From NCBI GenBank assembly GCA_964291265.2, contig OZ219747.1, positions 1,984,001 to 2,048,000 of the forward strand: DNA of 64,000 nt, written 5' to 3'. This DNA is from Alphaproteobacteria bacterium. GTDB taxonomy: Bacteria > Pseudomonadota > Alphaproteobacteria > SP197. Positions 60,453 to 64,000 of the stretch are shown piece after piece; position 1 is the first letter of the stretch, and every line of letters begins with the position of its first letter. The notes under the pieces are model-generated. The model worked only from the letters and a program-made list of their open reading frames with translations, did no database searches and had not been told where the DNA came from. The translations under genes and the position numbers were made by a program.

Positions 60453-60947
60453 TCAATGCAAGACCAATGGGATCCAACAATAGGCAGAAAACAAAGACCG
60501 GGCGGACCTTCGTCCAATGCCGCACGTTCTCCTGTCGTGGTCACCCACTCACACGATCAGCGCCCAAAAGAGCGGTTCTCCGCCAATATCCCGCCGTTCT
60601 AAATCGCCGCCGACACGCGAGCCGGCAACGCCTCATTTCGGATCGATCCGGTCTCGGGCCGCTATCTGGAAACAGGCTTGATTTGCCGAAGGCCGGAAAA
60701 ACCAGTAAAATCAAGTCCGTATAGAAGGTTCAAAATATCCCGCAACATTGGGGGCAAGGACATGGCCTGAAGGCGTGGGTTGCGTTGGAGGATACCATGT
60801 TTTGGCCAGGCAGGGCGGAGCTTCGAAGAGCCGAGCCTTGTTCATGGCGGCATGGGAAAGGTCTGTCAGGCGGCCGGTCGAGATCGAGGGGCGACGGGCA
60901 GGCATCGGGCAATGCGGCGGCCCGTCGTCTGCACGAATCGGGTCATG

Positions 60948-63900
60948 TCATGGCGCGGGCGGTCCGGAAAGGGAAAGGCCGGCGAGGGTTCGGCTGACCC
61001 ACAGGCGGGTGAGCTTTTCCTGAACACCGTTCTGCAGCAGGCGTTCGCTCAGGGCGGAGAAGTCGACGCAGTCCATCGGCTGGTCCTGATTGAAGCACGA
61101 GAACACGGGCGGGCGCCGCTCGCCGGTCCGCGGGTCGACGTGCGGTTGCAGGCACTGTGCACAGACCTCCTTCATCATGCACTGCATGGGGCTGTTGATG
61201 GAGGCGATGGCGACATGATCGCGCTTGAGCCAAGGTTCGAGGACGCCCGAGCGCGCCGCCTTGACGGCGGACATCATGCGGTCCGAGCCGATGGAGATGA
61301 TGCGGTCGACGTCGCCGAGGTCGACGGGCCGTTCGCCGAGCCGCCCTTCCTGGTAGGCGACGAGGGCCTCGACGACATTGCCGACGAAGCTGCGGTCCTG
61401 CGGCCGTGTCGGGCCGTACCCGGGCGCCTCCTCGCAGGACCAGATCACGGCATCCGCCGCCGCCTCGATCTCGTCGGTCTTGTAGCGGTCGATGACCTTG
61501 CGGTAGCCGGCGCAATAGAGCACCCGCGCGCCGGCCCGGCGCATCGCCTGGCCTATGGAAAAGAGAACCGCGTTGCCGAGTCCGCCGCCCACCAGGAGAA
61601 CGGTCCCGGCTGCGGGAATCTCCGTCGGACTGCCGGTGGGCCCCATCAGGATGACCGGCTCTCCGGGTTCGAGATACCCCATCAGGTCCGAAGAGCCGCC
61701 CATCTCGAGACCGATGATGCTGATCCCGGTGCCATGCGCCCGGATGCCTGCGCCCGTCATGGCCAGCGGTTCCATGGCCAGCAACGTGCCGTCCTGCCCC
61801 CGCCGGGCACAGGCCTCGAAGTTCTGCAGGCGGTAGAACTGGCCCGGGCGGAAGGCCCTCGCCGCTTCCGGCGCTTCGACCTCGACCTCGATGATGGTGG
61901 GCGTCAGCCGCGTGACCCTCGTGACGCGGGCGATGAGGCGGGAATCGAGATCCCGGAAGAAGGTCTCGCTGTCCTGGCGCGGGAGACGGTCGAGCCGGCC
62001 CAGCACGTCCGAGATCACTGGCCATGCACGCTTGGCGCCACCGAGCGCCTTGACGATGTTCCCGGCAAAGCTCGGGTGGAGGTCGCCGTGGAAGCTCACT
62101 CCCCGGCCTTCCCCGTCGAGGTGCATCAGGACATGGGTCTGGTCCGGCTTGACGCTCGCCTCCGGCGTGACGGGCCTGCCCGTGCGGTCGAGTGCCCGGA
62201 AGAAGCGGCCGTCCGTTGACACGGCGTCCGACTCCCGCGCCAGGACGGTGTTCGGGCGGGTCCCGGCGGCCACCAGGAGGGCGCGGGCCTCGAGTGCGTA
62301 TTCGCTGCCGCCGCTGTCCGAGAAGCGGACCCTGCTGACGTGACGATGCCGGTCGACCTCGACCGCAACCGGAACCAGTCCCGGTGCCAGGCGGATTCCC
62401 TCCTGGAGGGCGAGTGTCACCTCCTCGTGGTTGAGACGGTAGCTCGGCGCCTCGGTCAGGTCGCGACGGTAGGCGATGGTCACCCCGCCCCATGAATCGA
62501 GAAGGCCCAGAAGATCCGGCTCGCGACCGTCCCTGGCTGCCTCCTCGCGCTCCCGGGCAAGCGCCCTCGCATGATCCATGAAGGTGTCGGCGACCAGGGC
62601 CTCCTCCTCGCTCCACGATGCCCGCACACGGTCCTCACCGAGTTCGGACGCGAGGGTCAGGTAGCGCTCGAGGAACCGCTCGACCTGGCGCGGATAGTAG
62701 GCAAGGGCCTCGGTCGCCGTGTCGATGGCCGTCAGCCCGCCGCCGATGATGACGGCAGGAAGGCGAAGCTGGAGATTGGCGATCGACACCTTTCTTGCGG
62801 CGCCGGTCAGCTGCAGCGCCATGAGGAAGTCGGACGCCATGCGCACACCCCTTGCGAGGGCGTTGGGCATGTCGATGAGTTGCGGGCGTCCGGCCCCGGC
62901 GCAGTGAGCGATGTGATCAAAGCCCATGGCGAATGCGCTGTCGATGGTCACCGTGCCGCCGAAACGCACACCGCCGTACATCCGGAACGACGAACGGCGT
63001 TCCAGTTGCAGGCGTATCAGCTTGAGGAAATTCTTGTCCCAGCGCACCGTGATGCCGTACTCGGCCACGCCGCCGAATCCCGCCATCACCCTGTCGTCGA
63101 GGGATTCGTGGAGTTCGGCGATGTCGCGGACGGGCCGGAATGCCTTCCGGTTGCCGAAGATGTCGATGCCGGAGACATGCGGGTCGAGCGGTTCGATCTT
63201 GAGCCCGTCGATGGCCACGACCGTGTGGCCGTCGTTCTGAAGGTGATGGGCAAGGCTGAAGCCGGCGGGACCGGTGCCCACGATCAGCACGCGGCGCCCG
63301 GACGGCGGTCGCGGCACGGGGCGGGCGAGGTTGAGGGGGTTCCACCGGGACAGCAGGCTGTAGATCTCGAATCCCCAGGGCAGGGCCAGGACGTCCTTGA
63401 GCGTGCGGGTCTCGACCTGCGGAATGTCGACAGGTTCCTGTTTCTGGTAGATGCAGGCCTTCATGCAGTCGTTGCAGATGCGATGACCCGTGGCGGCGGC
63501 GAGCGGGTTGTCGACCATGACGACCGCGAGGGCGGCAAGGCCGTGTCCGCGGGCCTTCAGCAGGTTCATCTCGCTGATCTTCTCGTCGAGAGGACATCCG
63601 GCCAGGGGAATGCGGTGGGTCGAGGTGCGGAAGGACGTGCCCTGCTTCTCCAGAAGACCCCTGGAGCAACTGTCCTTGCCCTGGTTGTGACAGAAGATGC
63701 AGTAATGGGCCTGCGCCATCGCCTGGGTGAGATCCATGCCCTGGTCGGTCAGCGTGAAGCCTTCCCTGGTACGCAGGTCTTCCGGCGGGGCGGCCAGCAT
63801 GGTGACGCCGTCCTTCACCTCGGTGACCACCGGCACCAGGCTGTCGGGGTCCGTCCGCCGGGGCAGGCGGAAGAGCGCGCTCCGGCGATGGCGCAACATT

Positions 63901-64000
63901 CCGGCACGCGAGCGTGTGGCCCATGCCGCGAATCGCTCCGCACAGGCGATCTCCTCCCCGTGGCGCGATTCGTCCTCGAGCCAGTCGAGAACGGCCCTCG
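60948..64000 (-). CDS. Large Fe-S flavoprotein: GltD/NfnB-like domain fused to PyrK/NfnA-like domain (5' truncated)
   Basis: CIFCH..CS..GCP, GHRICNDCMKAC, GTGPAG, GGGLTAID, PGQFYRL, MGPTG, GGGLG, MQCMMKEVCAQC; frame open to window end. Confidence 0.88.
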   Translation of the reverse strand, partial: RAVLDWLEDESRHGEEIACAERFAAWATRSRAGMLRHRRSALFRLPRRTDPDSLVPVVTEVKDGVTMLAAPPEDLRTREGFTLTDQGMDLTQAMAQAHYCIFCHNQGKDSCSRGLLEKQGTSFRTSTHRIPLAGCPLDEKISEMNLLKARGHGLAALAVVMVDNPLAAATGHRICNDCMKACIYQKQEPVDIPQVETRTLKDVLALPWGFEIYSLLSRWNPLNLARPVPRPPSGRRVLIVGTGPAGFSLAHHLQNDGHTVVAIDGLKIEPLDPHVSGIDIFGNRKAFRPVRDIAELHESLDDRVMAGFGGVAEYGITVRWDKNFLKLIRLQLERRSSFRMYGGVRFGGTVTIDSAFAMGFDHIAHCAGAGRPQLIDMPNALARGVRMASDFLMALQLTGAARKVSIANLQLRLPAVIIGGGLTAIDTATEALAYYPRQVERFLERYLTLASELGEDRVRASWSEEEALVADTFMDHARALAREREEAARDGREPDLLGLLDSWGGVTIAYRRDLTEAPSYRLNHEEVTLALQEGIRLAPGLVPVAVEVDRHRHVSRVRFSDSGGSEYALEARALLVAAGTRPNTVLARESDAVSTDGRFFRALDRTGRPVTPEASVKPDQTHVLMHLDGEGRGVSFHGDLHPSFAGNIVKALGGAKRAWPVISDVLGRLDRLPRQDSETFFRDLDSRLIARVTRVTRLTPTIIEVEVEAPEAARAFRPGQFYRLQNFEACARRGQDGTLLAMEPLAMTGAGIRAHGTGISIIGLEMGGSSDLMGYLEPGEPVILMGPTGSPTEIPAAGTVLLVGGGLGNAVLFSIGQAMRRAGARVLYCAGYRKVIDRYKTDEIEAAADAVIWSCEEAPGYGPTRPQDRSFVGNVVEALVAYQEGRLGERPVDLGDVDRIISIGSDRMMSAVKAARSGVLEPWLKRDHVAIASINSPMQCMMKEVCAQCLQPHVDPRTGERRPPVFSCFNQDQPMDCVDFSALSERLLQNGVQEKLTRLWVSRTLAGLSLSGPPAP

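Larger units (their letters stand above)
55288..60615 (+). mobile_element. IS21-family transposon with primase-like cargo
   Basis: TGT...ACA ends, ~49-bp imperfect TIR with TAGAACGGCGGGAT core, 6-bp TSD CGCGAG at 55282-55287 and 60616-60621, istA-istB inside. Confidence 0.9.

Noticed and set aside
60660-60730. Short inverted repeat CTTGATTT/AAATCAAG as a MITE or IS end
   Set aside because: Too short, with no partner end or TSD found

Overview
A GC-rich alphaproteobacterial chromosomal segment; the gene content (AAA-PD-(D/E)XK protein, FN3/Calx-beta autotransporter) suggests a marine host-associated organism, which is an inference. From 1 to 44 kb it is mostly metabolic and housekeeping: a GMC oxidoreductase pair, a Mo-hydroxylase large subunit, a cobalamin cluster (cobA-cobB-tcuA/cobZ-like divergent from cbiD-cobK), nth, a Rieske oxygenase, two ureohydrolases, a betaine/TMAO-type ABC transporter, a TPP-riboswitch thiamine operon, an MttB-family methyltransferase, a kinase-PLP enzyme fusion, dusA and hslVU. 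A small accessory patch at 24.9-28.2 kb holds an ABC-ATPase + PIN pair, an unknown protein, an antitoxin relic and a duplicated 3' end of mttB. From 45 to 60.6 kb lies an accessory island with several pseudogenes, a fully delimited ISKra4 element (25-bp TIR, 9-bp TSD) and a large autotransporter whose probable start is out of frame across a C18 tract (candidate phase variation). The best candidate for an undescribed system is a 5.3-kb IS21-family transposon (55288-60615; ~49-bp TIR, 6-bp TSD). It carries a DUF3991/Toprim primase-like gene coupled to istAB, subterminal 13-bp repeats, and a mirror-symmetric strand-composition skew suggestive of element-specific replication. All calls were made by eye from motifs; no database searches were run.
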